DNA of 63,305 nucleotides, counting the filler, from Lophium mytilinum (Eukaryota): the NCBI GenBank assembly GCA_010093605.1. It is 15 parts of 8 records of this genome, joined end to end, with 100 filler letters (N's around TTAATTAATTAA, not from the genome) between each part and the next. Parts side by side here need not be neighbours in the genome. Positions count along the whole stretch, not along the records: positions 8,703 to 32,774 come from MU004201.1; 14 more parts are not named here. One strand, 5' to 3'. Both the position numbers and the translations under genes were made by a program. The notes under the pieces were generated by a model that saw only the letters and a list, made by a program, of their open reading frames with translations, had not been told where the DNA came from and made no database searches. Shown in pieces: positions 13,701 to 27,493 of this stretch (position 1 is its first letter; every line of letters begins with the position of its first letter).

Positions 13701-14647
13701 AAGAGAATATTAAGTTAAGAAAGCTAGCTTTAAATACTAGCTTTACTAGTAGTAATTCTCTAGAAGTACAGATAACTAAGCTATTTAAAAACCCGAATGC
13801 TAAATTTAGAAGTACTAAGTAAAAGGAAGTTATAGAGAATATTATAAATAAGGTTTCTTTTATTACTTATATTAGTAGTATAGGATCTAGTAAAAGTCTA
13901 CTATTTAATCTACCTAGCTATATTTATTCTAATAGAAAGTATATAGTAGTAGCTCCTAGAATTAGCTTAGTAGAAGATTTAAATAAGCATGCATTAGAAT
14001 TAGGGCTTAATAGTACTATTTGGACTTCTACTACTAATATAGATGCTAATCTTATATTTATTAGTATAGAGAATATAGTATTAGAAGAATTTAAAGGCTA
14101 TATCTATAATCTTAAAGCTAATAACTTTAGTACTACTCTATTTTTCAACAAAGCCCATCTATTAGTATACAAAGTAGATTTTAGGCAAAAACTAAATAAA
14201 ATAGATAATATTCTTACTTTAGAACTATAGCTAGTATTTCTAAGCGCAACTTTACCTATACCTATACTAGATTTACTAGAGCAAAGGTTTCTTATTACTT
14301 CTCCTCTTATTATTAGAGATTCTACTACTAGAAAGAATATTAAGTATATTACTAAAGAGCTACCGGACTATAATAAAGATACTATAGTAGAATGCTTAAG
14401 AATTACTATTAAAGAAGCTATTAGTAAATGTAGTAATAATAAAAGAGGTATACTATTTACTAATAGTATTAAATATAGTAAATATATAGCTAAAGTATTA
14501 AAGATTCCTTTTATCTTTAGCTCTAAAGATTCTAAAGAAAAGGAAGCTAATATTAAACTATTAAACTACTACCTAGATTCTAATAGTCCTATTAAAGTAT
14601 TTATTTGCACTAATATAGCAGGCGTAGGATTAAACTAAGATTTCTTA
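10745..14647 (+). pseudogene. Telomere-linked RecQ-like helicase (TLH), RIP-mutated and 3' truncated
   Basis: One frame from a RIP-mutated start (ATA at 10745) through ORF 11201-12562 and beyond. N-terminal CxxC..H..H zinc motifs and QTFF (DUF3505-like), GSPIRGTE (~12704), motif I de-RIPed TGSGKS (~13880), VVAPRISL (Ia), FNKAH=FDEAH (~14143), LSATLP (~14240), motif V CTNIAGVGLN (~14606-14635). Motif VI is absent. Candidate 5' UTR introns at ~10331-10378 and ~10666-10726. Confidence 0.88.
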
Positions 14648-14661
14648 ATTGTAGGGGCTGG

Positions 14662-14676
14662 AGGGTTAGGGTTAGG
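14662..14676 (+). repeat. Short internal telomere-like tract (AGGGTTAGGGTTAGG)
   Basis: Seen directly, in the same orientation as the terminal tract. RIP-mutated equivalent at ~35016-35030. Confidence 0.8.
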
Positions 14677-14759
14677 TGGGGAGAAGCGAGTTTAACATAG
14701 AGAAAATCAACCTTTAAGAATTGCGTGCAGTACAACCTTGCACCGCCGCATTTAACTAC

Positions 14760-15450
14760 CACGACGTAAAATAGAGTATGCATGCGAAGAATAATGCTTA
14801 GAACGCAATGCAATAGCGTTCTATTAACTTTAATTTAATTTACAAGCCGTAGTAGTGGCTTAAGGTGGGTATAGAGAGGCCGCAGAGTGCGCAGGCACAG
14901 GATAGAAATTACTTAAAGGGTTTAGCGTAAGAACAGCCTCGCGCTTAAGAATTAGTGCAACTACTACTGCATGCAACTACTATAACATAGCATAGAAGAA
15001 ATATACAAAGGATTATATATAATATGTAATGCAATAGCAATCTATTAACTTAGAATTAATATGCAGGCTGTAGTAGTAGTGGCAGTTACGTACGGAGGTA
15101 AGATCCCGAATAATGGAAGTTACTTAAAGAGTTTAGCGTAATACTAGCCTTGCACTTAATAAAGACCTTAACTAGCGCTGCATGGAACTACTATAATATA
15201 AGGTTAAAGATATTTACAAGGAAAATTACTTATTATATAATGCGACAGCATTCTAGCAATTTAGAAATATTTTACAGGCTGTAGTTATAGCTCCAGGTGG
15301 GTGCAGAGGGTAAGGAAAGAGGGCGGCCAGCAGCGTAGAGTATAGCCCTATAATTAAGCAGCCTTCTACCGCTGCATATAATAACTCCTAGATATTAAGA
15401 TACTATAACGGAGCTATAATACTATATATAGTATGCGCAATTAAATTTAA
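14760..15450. repeat. Degenerate ~210-220-bp tandem repeat, about 3 copies
   Basis: AATGCAATAGCGTTCTA-like at ~14807, ~15028 and ~15239. TTACTTAAAGxGTTTAGCGTAA at ~14909 and ~15120. GCATGxAACTACTATAA at ~14969 and ~15180. Confidence 0.75.
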
Positions 15451-16266
15451 AGTATTATAGAAAAGGCGAAGTCCTAGTAGTAGGTGCCTATAGAGGGTAA
15501 TAGATATAATAGAAAGGGTTTCGCGTTGTAATAGCCTCACCTTAGCACGGGTTGCTGCTAGATAGTATTCTTATGTAATAGAAATTTCAGCCGCATTAAA
15601 TAAAATATATAAAGTAAAGGGCAGAATACAGTTTATACAACGTTTATAGATAAAGCAATTAATAGGGCTACCGCAGGAAGCCTTTCTGCTAGGGCCCTTC
15701 CCCAGCGACCTTGACCAAGTGGCCGTATCCGTAAGGGGTGTTAAAACGGGTTAGGCGGGGTAAGCTCCACAACAAGAATGTTAATAAATCCTTGTTTTCA
15801 ACCAATTACACTCCCTAACCGCTTTCCGCTCCTTAGCTCTATATTCTAAACTATTATCCCCCTTACTACTACACCTAGTAGTTAGTATAGAACGCCCCTA
15901 AAAGTACTAGAATAAAGAAGAGTAAAAAGCAGCTAAATTACATTTAATAGTGGATTTGAACCGACGCAAGAGAGATAAAAAGAAGAGGGCTGTAGACTAA
16001 ACAGCTGCAGTAGGAGAGGCTAGCGAGCCTACTTCTACTTCTATCCTAGATCCGTTTCTAATTATCTTTAAAAACCCTAGAGGTCTTTCTAGTATAAATA
16101 TTAGGGCCCCTTATCCCACCCGCCCTGCGCCCACGCCCTTTTAATAACTAATTGCACCTTAGGAGCCTTTAGAGGAAACTATTGCATAACTTACAATTAG
16201 TATATCTTTTGTAATCTCCTAGTATTTACAGTTAGGTTCTAATAAACTTAAGTAGAACCCGTCTTA

Positions 16267-19200
16267 ATAGAAGAATTATTACCTTCTACCTCTACTTAAT
16301 CTACGCAATATACTCCTCCGCAGCGGTCTACTTATAGTAGTACCCGTTCTACTATTCCTCCTCTATCTACCTAACCTACGCAACCTACGCAATATACTCC
16401 TCCACAGCGGTCTACCTATAGTAGTATCCGTTCTACTGCTCCTCCTCTATCTACTAAACCCACCTAATATTCTACTCTAGGGCGGGCTACTTATAGCAGT
16501 ACTTGTTTGCTCGCTCCTCTAACCTCTCAACCTACTTAACTAATATAACTTTCTTATACCCAGCAGTCTACTAGCAGTAGTACATACTCTAGTAAGTTAA
16601 GAGCGGCCTAATATATACCTGAAATTTAAAGTAATATAGAATTAACGGAAGCTGCAGAGCAAGATTAGAGTAATAGTAGTAAGCATACTGTTATATAGAC
16701 TATTAAGAGAGCAGTAGTTAAAGGAGAAAAAGAAGCGGCTAAAGAAAGCGAAGCAAATAAAGAAGTAGCCCAAGCAGATAAAGAAGTAGAAGAGGCAGTA
16801 TTAGAGTTACTGTTACCTGCATCTTCCGCGTTATCTCCTTATACACCTGCGTTACCACCGCCTCTAGATGCTAGAGAGGTGTTGCCCTCTCTATTACCAC
16901 CTTACAGCGTAGGGACACCTTAGTAAGCCGCAAATAATAATAATAGAGCTCCGGGCTAGGTTCTACCCGCTATACGCTATCTCTATAAAGCGTTTCTTAA
17001 ACCTACAGCTACACTATATATATATACAGGCGTATATACTATCCTCGCCCTCTAGAATACCCTATAGACGGCTATAACACTACGCGCGAGTTCACGCGCT
17101 TAACAAACTACAGCAGCTCCTACTCCTGCACAACTAGAACTAATAACACAACGCTAAATACTAGCCCTTATTACTATATTACTGCTCTACGTACTTGCGC
17201 AAATAACTAACAAAGAGATTACAGCGGAATCGTTCTTAGCGCAACAAAATAAGGCCGTAGAAGTGCTCTCTAGAATGGACGCTGCGGAATAAATAGATAA
17301 GAAGAAAATGCTGGCTAATATAAGTTAGTTCATGCGACTAGCGCACAATAACAGTTGGGTTTAGATAGAGTGGTACGCTGCCTTATTATCTCTCCGCCCA
17401 ACGCCAGTAACTAAGGTTGTAGAAGAGGAATTTACCCAATTTAAGAACAAGGTAGAAGCAGGTGCAGATATAGATAAGGTATTAGATAACGGAGTTAAAG
17501 AGGGTAGAGAAGGTATATATACGCAAGGACAGCAAGACACTATAGATAAATTACCGGGTTTACTTAACGAAGTTACGCTAGAGAATTAAGGCAGTAGGGC
17601 AGATAATACAGCCTTAAATAGTAAAGGTAACAGCGAGATTATAGATAAAGTTGCAGATAAGATAGACCCTAATAGGTAAGTATTATAAGCTCTATAGTTT
17701 ATATAAAGCTAATATACGTAGGCATAATAATCTATTAGTAAATACTCTACATGCAGTAAGTATAATCTAATTAGCGTTAGAAGTCTAGTGTACTTGCTGT
17801 ATATCTTAACTCTTTCTATTTAGATAATATAGTAGCTAATATTATAATATAGCAAGTAACTATATAATAGTTTCTTAGAGTAGATCTCTTAGCTAAGTTA
17901 CTAGCTTTCTCCTAGCTTAGAACCTTTCCTCCTAATAAGAGCCTATTACAGCCAATGCAGCCTTCTATCTAATAAGCCAACTAGAGCTATTATAGAGAGA
18001 GGATAATCCCAATAACTTTAACAATGTCCCATGGAAATTAATGTTAAGCGGAGAAACTAGTAACATAGAAACTCTAAGGCTTAGTTTTATAAGGTCTAAA
18101 GCTAGCTTTATAGTAAATAAAGAGATTAAAATCCAGCAAGTGTATAACATTAATAGCGTTATTATTGGTATCTCTACTTTAGCGGCCTATAATTTATACT
18201 TCTTACTATCTCTATAACCGTCCTTTCTCTAAAGTATTACTTAAAACCAACGCATTATAATACGCGGCTATAAGCTCCATATAATAAAGCAGCTTTATAT
18301 AGGGCACGGGTGTAAGCATTAATTTAAAACTCATGTGTTTTTCCCCTAGATGCTGACACCGAATAAGCAGAAGGGCGACACTTTGCATCTACTAGATACA
18401 ATGCAAGCAGCTTGGCTTAACGATATTATCTTACCCGCAGTAAAGCATACTCTAACACCCGACAAGTGGCAGCATATACCACACAGTTTTAATATTATAC
18501 GGGGTAAAGCAAGCGTTAAGAAAGAAAAATATATAATATTATCTAGAGACTCTTATATTAATACTAAGTATATAATTCCATAGTGTTGACTCTAAGAATT
18601 CTAGAACTAAGTTCTTTATAACGTAGAAAACTTTGCAGAAATAGATACTATACCCGAAGATTTATTTAAAGGAGTATTCCTAGTAGTCTCGGGTTACAAT
18701 CTAAAAATGGCATATAAGTCCTTAAGTATAATTTAAAGCAGGGATTAGCTACTATATACTTTAACCACTACTTTTAATAAAAACCTAATTAATATGCTAG
18801 ATAAGGGGATATAGGTTAACTATAGATACGAAGATGTCCCAACTACTAATTAGCTAGATACCGGGGTTACCCTTCTACGCAAAACTAGCTGCAACAACCA
18901 CTGGGCCACTTACTTCCACGACAGCGGAAAAGAAAAGATTTATACAATATTGTACCCCTACCATCTTACCCAGGGCGCGTCATCTCTAACAGTAGAGCTC
19001 TAAGCAGGCAACTATAGCCGTATTAGTGGTATGGCATACAATAAAATCTATAATAGTAATAAGATTATGCTTAAGTTACCCGTTAAGGATATTACGCCCT
19101 TTTATAATACTTAACTAGAAGCTCTTGCGTTCTTAACTAAAATAATTAAGCGGTGGTTTAAAGCGGCAGGTAGCTCCAGAGGATTATTAAAAAGAAAACA

Positions 19201-20750
19201 GCTTTAGGATAGTCTTGCTGCTATTCTCTAACGCCACTATACTGTACTCTAGAGAGACAGACACTCATCCTATAGGGTTTAAACTGAGTTCCAAGTACTT
19301 CTTACTATACTTAAGCAACTTAAAGAAAGCGCAAGTCCCAAATTTACTATAAAGGATGGGCCGGATAATAGTAGCGAGCCTTATTGCCCCTACTAGGTTC
19401 TTTCTATAGAAGAAGTTAATGCCTTTACTATTGCAAACCTTAATCGCTAGGTATTCCTTTTCCAGGTACTGTCTCTTTAGGTTACCCCCGGGCGTAATGC
19501 TAGGCATATAGCAACACTAGATAAACAGCTAGTAAATAGTTATTTAGCATCTCTTTGTATCCGCCTTGCGCAAATTACTACTAGATATAGTAATCCTACT
19601 TAATTATCCGTACTATAGAAAAAAAAGTGGATAAATTAAAAAGACCCCCGGAATCCTGTAACCTTATATAGCCTTAGGTTATTAGACTCCCTTAAGAAGT
19701 ATAGCATGGCTTGGCTAAAGTTAGAGTACTTAGATTGGACAACAACGCCCCCACAACTTAGCCCTTAAGGCGTTGATCGACTGCAAGCCAGCCTTAGGAA
19801 TTAATTCCAAGCTACATTTACTAAAGCTTGGATCTAGGTATCTCTCACTAGGGAGGATATAGAGATGCAGTATCTACAGTATAGTATTGCAGCATGGTAC
19901 ACGCTAGCTATTTAACGCGAAAATAGGACTAAAGTGTAAAAAGATTAGCGATTAGCACCGCCATAGATGGGTAAGGCAGCTGCGCTTATTATTAAGGCAT
20001 ACTATACCGATATATATAAGCTTCTAAGCAGACGGTACGCAGGAGAAGATAGAAATACTAAGACGCAACAGGAGAGTAAAGAACTACGCGACTAATTTCT
20101 TAGAAGTATTCTAAATAGATCTACAGTTGCGCTTTATCCCAACATGCTTACAAAGCTATATAGAAAGTTGGGACTTATAGTAAGCTACGCCTACGTGCAG
20201 AACATAGCTAGAAATGGTAATACAAATTATCTAAGGCACTTAACTAGACGCTGGATTAATTAAGTCTAGCCGCTATTTAACATCACGGATCTAGCTGCAG
20301 AAACTTAAAAATGGAACAACAGTCCCTTCCGCATGAAATTGCGAAGATTAAATGCAATAATTAGAAACAAAGCGTCACCAAAAACGGCAGAACAATTCCT
20401 TAACAATCTACGAGCGAGAGCCGCCTTATCACTCTAGGTTCTTCTAAGATACAACAACGACAAAATTTTAACCACGTGTTAAGCTAAATAAAATAACTCT
20501 AAAGATACACAAGATAATATTAGGGGAAGAGATGTAATTATAAATATACAGTAGATCTATATGCAACTACTAAATAGCTACTACTATAAGGTAGCCTAAC
20601 TAAGCCAATATATTAAAGAACAGGCTTAAGGGGGGGCAGTTAACCTTAGCATAGACGTAGTTGCAAAGGAAGTATAGAACATAACCTAGGGAAGCCCAGG
20701 AAAGTTAAAGATAATAATAATAGAGGATAACATTATAGGCCCTAGAGGTT
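16267..20750 (+). pseudogene. Large hypothetical protein (~1400 aa): P/S/T-repeat and acidic N-terminus, globular-looking C-terminal part
   Basis: Near-continuous frame broken by TAA/TAG at Gln/Trp/Arg-type positions, including ORF 18350-18583. Candidate GT-AG introns at ~16592-16630, ~17676-17721 and ~17756-17823. De-RIPed motifs HVFFP, QHIPHSF, WVDYGYED, YNKIYNSNK, SYGVRTEF. Ends are approximate. Confidence 0.65.
16300..16590 (+). repeat. ~84-bp coding tandem repeat (TQYTPPQRSTYSSTRSTxPPLST), 3-4 copies
   Basis: CTACGCAATATACTCCTCCxCAGCGGTCTAC at ~16301 and ~16385, with degenerate copies after. Confidence 0.8.
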
Positions 20751-21799
20751 AAGTTAATCTAAAACGTGTCTAGCTTAGGTTTAAGCACTGTACACTAAAT
20801 AGCCCAAGGGCTTATTTAGGCAGGATTCCAATAATCAAAGAATTCCGGAATTATTTAGCGATATAGAAGGAGCAAGAGGGGGATATAAGTAGTTAGTTAT
20901 TAGACGAAGAGTATAAGTATAAAGAGAGTTCAGGTAACTACAGCTTAGAAATAGAGGACTTGGAGAACTCGGGGCAAGAGGCCTAGGAGAATAAGGCTTA
21001 AGTAGAAGAGTTCTAAGGAGCATATAGATTTAAGCGTTAATAGGTGGACTAGCAGGGGCGGCGTTACAAAGAAGAATTATTAACAAGAAAGGTAGTAAAG
21101 TATTTAGTATAAGATATAAAGGGCGTTAGTAGAAAGGCTTCTAGCCAGGCTCTTATATAGTACGCAAATGCTTATCTAGTAGGTGCGTAGCGGTAATATA
21201 TATAAGAAGAGAGGCAATAATAGGCGTGCTTAATACAAGTAGCAAAGGGCCCTAGCAGGAAGGCTTTCTAGCAAGACCCTTATACTATAGGCAAATAGTT
21301 ATATAACAACGCGCAATGTTCTATTAACCTATCTTAGCGCAGTGCTGTGTTACTAGAACTAGGTAATACGTAGCGTAGTATTATAGATTAACCGCAAACG
21401 TTTATATATTAGCGAAATTAAGCAAAACGCTAATATATTTATACCCGCGATATTTTAACCTTATATAATATACAGCCATTACATTAACCTTAAGAGTTAA
21501 CTTAAGCAGTTTACTATTAAAGGCTTGGCGTCTTAGCGGCCGGCGGCTATCGGCCCGGCCGCCCACAAACTTATCCGCCGCCTAGCAGCTTTAACTTCCT
21601 TACTTCTATACTAACCTCTCCTTCTATACTACCGCACCCCCATTACTTCCACTTATCTAGCTACCTGCGGAACGGTTACGCGCTAGACCCTTACTTGCTA
21701 GACAATAGTTAGCAGCTTCCTAGCTACGTTGGAGCCGCAATTGGCTTATTTTAGGCGTCTTTTTGGCTAGCGGTTAAGCCTTTTAGTAAGTTTGCTGTC

Positions 21800-24700
21800 C
21801 AGCAGGTAAAATTAAGTTACGTTATAGCTAATTCTGCTAACAGGTTTATTCCATCGCAATTTCTCTAAGAGTGGAGTAAGGTGAGCGTATTATAAGAATT
21901 ATTGCAGGAAGGCTTCCTACCAGGGCCCTTTACTAGTCTTAGTAGATTAGTCTGCCTTAATTTTAAAGATGCGGCGGCAGGAAATGTCGAGAAAATAATA
22001 ATACTAAAAATACCCGGCATAGTGTAAAGGGTCTTAGCAGGAAGCCTTCCTACTAGGGCCCTTTGCCTGCCTCCTTTCTTCTATTATTTAAGATAGGCTG
22101 ACACATTAACAGGCTGGCTATAAATACCTTAAGCGATGGGGACCCTAGTAAAGCAGCAGTAAAGGTTGCATCCCTGCGCATATTACCTGCAACCGACCTA
22201 GTAGACAGCTATAAGAAATAATCTACTTCTTCTAAAGTGCTAGAAGATCTAAATTCTACCTCCCTACCGGTCACTAAATTGAGGGTCGATGCCTATATCA
22301 ATTTAAAGCGCGATTAGCCGGCCACTACAATAGATCCGGAGACGCTTGCATTAGCAAATAGCGAAGTAGTTTATCCAGATAGTAATAACTATAGTAACAA
22401 CTCTAATGTCCCTAAGAACTCTAATAAAGAGCAGGAGAAGCTTTAAGCGCTGGTTACTAGCACTAGAAAAGATAAAGAGTTAGAGAAGTTATAGGCCTTA
22501 GTAAACACGCTGTATGCTAGTAGAATAAAGTTGGCTAAGCTTTATAGTTAAACAAAAGCAGAACTCGAAGCAATTCTAGCTAAGCCTAATTTCTAAGCAA
22601 TTTAAAATAAGTACAAGAATGGGTATTTAGACCTAAAGCGCGCCGTGCATAGTTAGAATTAAGGGGCCAGTTTTGCCACTATCCTAAACGCTTTTAAGAC
22701 TAGCAAGTTGCATAATCTGCAGCGATATACTACTCCTTAGCCTAAAATAGATAACTATAAACCCGTGGATTAGGTAGCTTAATTTATTAGTCAATGCTTC
22801 AATTACTACCGGAAGCGGTTTAGTGGGTTTTTACACAACCGCGCTAATGTTACTAATAACAAAGCGCTTAGAATCTTCTTCAAATTAAAGAAAAATATAG
22901 AGTTTAAGAGTGGCCCGTCTTAAGCCAGCAGAACCGCCTGTACTAAGAACTAAATTAAGATACAGGACGTTCTTTAAAAAATAAAGCTCAGTCTAGCACC
23001 GGCACCTAAGACCCCGGCCAAAACTATTGCTTGTAGTAGTAAGGATGTTAACAGAAAGCCTTCCCGTTAAGGCTCTTCTAGGCCTCCCCGTTGGCAGTCG
23101 CCCTCTCGTTTTACTAAGGAGGAACTCGCGGCTATTAATATAGAGGTTAACGCAGACGACCCTATCTAGGGGTTATTTAAAGAGGAAATTGCTGCAAACC
23201 TAGTTAATAAGGAGAAAGGCAACGTTAATGTTACTAGCGCTAAGTACATCACCGGCACCATAAAATAGGAGCTTAAGTTGGCAATTATGCATGCTAAGCG
23301 CACCGGAGCGATAATTAACCGGAACTCGTTAAAGTTTCAATACAACGCATATCGGGTGATTAGATAGATGGCAGGAGATTTTATATATGCTATTAAATAG
23401 CACCTAAACATGCGCGCTGCAGATCTAAATAAGGACGAGTACGCTGATTAGGACGGTATTAAATATGCCTAAGACATAGAGGCTAATATAAGGGCTACCG
23501 CTATTAATGCGAAGGATATTATCCCCTTTACTACACTAACCGCGGCAGATCTTATAATGCAGAGTACACTCCGCCTTCTAATAACTAACAAAGCCTATTA
23601 GCTAGATAACCTAAAAGAAGCAATAAAGGCTCTACGCATTTATAACTATTGGGAACCCCGCCTTATTATAATAAATGGCAATATTTACTTAAGGTGGTGG
23701 CAGATTACTGGGGCTTACTATATATACTATATTATATAGAAAGGCTTTCTTAGTAGGGCTTTAATTGCAGATAAGGTTGGCATTAGGAAGACATTTTTAA
23801 TGGCTACCCTTATTAGATATATAAGCAATTTCTCTTTAAAGGGTGTTAATAGGAAGCCTTCCTACTACCCCCCTAATAGTTTCTCTTGGCATCTACTAAT
23901 TCAATTATAGCTTATTACTAAGCGCCAGCGCAAAGTTGCGGATAAGAAAGACCCCGGGCCGGCGAAGCCCTTCCTTTTTCTTATGCCTCCCGTTTTAGTA
24001 CACTAAATAGCGAATAAACTTATAAAGTTTAGTTCTAAACTTAAGCTCTACATCTATTTATTAAAGGGCCAAGTCGCTTTCTATAGCGCCACGTTTCTAC
24101 ACGACACCTTAACTAGGGACCATCCCTTATTTAACACTAAAAACAAGGCTAATGCTAAGAGCATCGTGATTGCTAGCTATTAGGTAATGGCCGGTCGGCA
24201 CGGTCCCCAGCCCGCATTAAAGTGGTATAGCAACAACAATCTTACTAAGCTAAAGAATTGGGTTAAATATCGCCCAAGCTCTACCTGGCCCGGTCTCTTA
24301 AGTGGCTGTTTTAACGTCCAATTTATAGACAAGTGCCAGCTTATTAAAAGCGACTAAGTAAACCTCCACCTAACCGCGTCGTGGCTTTACTTAGACTTTA
24401 CCGTGCTCTATAGTAGGACCCCGCTATATATAGGCATTACTAATATGCCTACTTATATATCTTTTATAGAACCGAGAGACAAGTATCTATAATTCCGCAC
24501 GTACCGCTTAAAACCCGGTAAAGCCAAGTTTATTCCGGGTACCAATAATCTATTTAAGCTTCCCGACAACTATTTAGGTGTAATTTTCTAGTATACACGC
24601 AAGGCTTTTAAAAATTTTATTCTGCCTTTATTTAACCCGTAAGTCATTACATAAAGGGCCCCAGCAGGAAGGCTTCCAGCTAGGGCCCTTATCTCTCCTC

Positions 24701-27493
24701 TTATTTGCTTTAATTTTCTAACATTTCTCTAGAATTATACAGGGGCTTTATTTGCGCTTAATTTTTAGCAAGTGCATAATTGCTCGCTTATACCCTTCTA
24801 CATGCCCGAACAATTCCACTAATTCTACCACCCGAATTAGAGGATCACTTCCGCGGTTAGTTACGCGAGTAATCGAGCTACAGCCTATAAAACTAGGCCA
24901 TATTATCTATGCCAATAAATTACTAGCCTACCTTAAGTTATTAATAGTTCCTACTAAGAACCGCGTAGGCTAGCGCACCTATGCATTTAACGCATACTCC
25001 GTGCGTGCTCTCAACCTTATAAGCACTGCGCTATTTTTAGTCTACTCTAAGCGCGCCATAATGGCATATCCGTAAGAGGAGGTCTTAAATTTAGAGGGCA
25101 ACAAGATTAAGGACGGCCCGAAAATCATCCCTCTTAAGAATAATGGCGGTTACTAGTTAAAGAAAATAGACGTTTTACGAGGCATAATAAAGCAAATTGC
25201 CCGGAATAAGGACGTCTAAACTAACCCTAATTAGAAAGACTTTAAAGCAAAGTCCGCATTCTTTCGTTACGTTGTTACTCTTTTTATCCGCGATGCCCCT
25301 AAAGTGGCTGCACTACTATACTATTTGGCCGACGACGTTATTAAGCGTATAGAGAAGGTTATTATCTAGACTAACTACCTGGATAAGTAAATAATTCTCG
25401 CTAAGATTATTAACTATTATAAAATGGATGCTTGTATATTAGCCTCCGATCTCTCTACTACTAACCGGGACAACCTTATCTTAGTATTTAACGACCCCGA
25501 CTCTAAAGTAAAGATCCTTATCACTAGTTACTAGGCTAATAGAGCTGGGCTTAATCTGCAGTCTACTTACTACAACGTATATCTTTTTAACCCTGCAGGC
25601 TCTATTTAGATTGAGGAGCAGGCGATAGCGCGTTTATATAGGATTGGCCAGAAGTTTACTATTATAGTAACCGCGTTCTTTATCTAGGACACATTTAATG
25701 CCTTTACTCTCTTGCGCCAGGTATAGATAGCGCTTCCCGGTCTTACTGCTGCGTTAAATACTAACCAGATTAAGGTAGAGGGGACCTCTAAGAAAAAGCT
25801 AACCCCAGATGGCCAGTATGCGTGGGTAACCTATAATAATAAGAGCATTGCACCCCGCCTTATTACAGGCGAAATGGATATTTTAAATGTGCCGGTGGGA
25901 TTACACGTTAAGCGCTTTAACTCCCTATAAGACATTCTTGTATTTCTAACAACCCTCACGCGAGGCAATATAACTTTTTAGTCTAGTAGGTTTAGTAATA
26001 AGTTCTAAGAAGAACAAGCGTACAAATTCACTAAATCAGAATTAGAAGAAGAGGAGGAGAATAGTGCAAGTGGAGCGCCCAAGAAACCGCGTGTTAATAA
26101 GCCAGGTTTAAGGCTTAAGCGTTGTCCTGCGAGTAGTAAGTTCGCCCTTATAGGTTCTAGCGGGAAGGCTTCCTGCTAGGGCCCTACTTGCCTCTTTATA
26201 CTTTGCTAATCTGTATTTTATAGTAAAAGCCACCCCAAAGCCAAAGCTAAAGACGCTAGAGCAATAAAACGGCAAAGCTTTAAAGTAGAAGCGCAAAGCT
26301 GGTGCTGCACCAGCGGCTGCCGTTAAGAAGTGCAAGCCTAACCCTAAGTCTACTATTACGGTTAAAGACTTAGATTCTGCTAAATCTAATATGCCCACCC
26401 CCATAAAGAGCGCTACTAGAAATGCTCGTGCCCCTTTTATCCGTTAATATGGGCCGGAGCGTAACCCTTCGCGTTAAGTACCCGCTGTTTTTAGTAATAT
26501 AAACGGCGACAACCCTTTTAGTAGGCTAAATAGTAACAACTCTGAAGGCGAAGAGTATAAGGATAATACTTCGTTCCTTGCGAAGTATACAGGTAAGAAT
26601 TCATCCTAGGGCCTTTTTAGAAAGCCTTCCTGCTAGGGCCCTTTAGCATCGCCTATTGTATTGCTTAAGTGCTAACTATTATAGCAGCTCCTACTTCTGC
26701 CCGTCGACCCACTTTAACCCCACCTTCTAGCCCTCTTAGCACCTTTAATGGACGCCTTATCAGGACCCCTTCTATAGACCCCGTCCCGTTGCCTAATACG
26801 TAGAAGAAGAGGCAGCGCGGAATATCTACTATCTCCTCGCAGGATTCTATAGATAATTTTATTTTTTATTTGCCACTAAAAGCCAACGTTAATATAGATA
26901 ATAAGCAGAACAAGGAGAATGTTAAAACCCCCAACGTTAATATAGAGAACGTCCCGTCTAAGACTAATAAGTAAAACGGGGGGTATCTTAATAATTACCC
27001 GGATTTTACTACTACGCCATCTGAAGTTGCCTTTAAGCGTAACAGCAACTACGGTAGTAACTTGGACGACCCGCCGGAATTTATAGAAGGGGCCTCGCAG
27101 CCAACCCTAAAGACTGTATCCTCTAGCAATGCTAATAAGGGTCGGAAGCGCTAAGGCGCAAAAAAGAAGCCCACTATAAAGAAGAATAAAGCGGCTAAGA
27201 AAGACCCTATGTCTAAATCCCTTATATATCGTCCGTACAAGTACATAACAGAGAAAGAGATTGCCGAGTAGCGCCCTCAGCGCGAAAGGAAGGCTACTAA
27301 GAAGAAAGCTGCCGCGCAGAAGTCTATAAACTCTACTGGACTAAAAATAGACCTACGCAGGCGGAAGAATAATCCCGATATTAGCTAACCGCCCGCGGCA
27401 TTAGGTGTAGATACTAACCCTAATAGTAAAGAGGATAGTAGTGAATTAGAGGGGACTAGTATAGCGCTGGAGAAGTCTAATAGTAAGGTATAA
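21800..27493 (+). pseudogene. SNF2-family (SF2) ATPase/helicase, multi-intron, RIP-mutated
   Basis: LRWWQ (~23689), ALIADKVGIRKT=ADEVGIGKT (motif I, ~23758), FLMPP (Ia), IDKCQ=DECQ (24325-24339), SRTP=SGTP (~24412), KVIIW (~25355), AGLNLQ (~25543), QAIARLYRIGQ (~25619). Removing intron 24639-24732 (94 nt) joins the two helicase-lobe frames. K/S/E-rich low-complexity C-terminus. Start is uncertain. Confidence 0.88.

Noticed and set aside
23735..23762. AGAAAGGCTTTCTTAGTAGGGCT as another palindrome copy
   Set aside because: Lies in the coding run into SNF2 motif I and fits poorly, so it was not counted.
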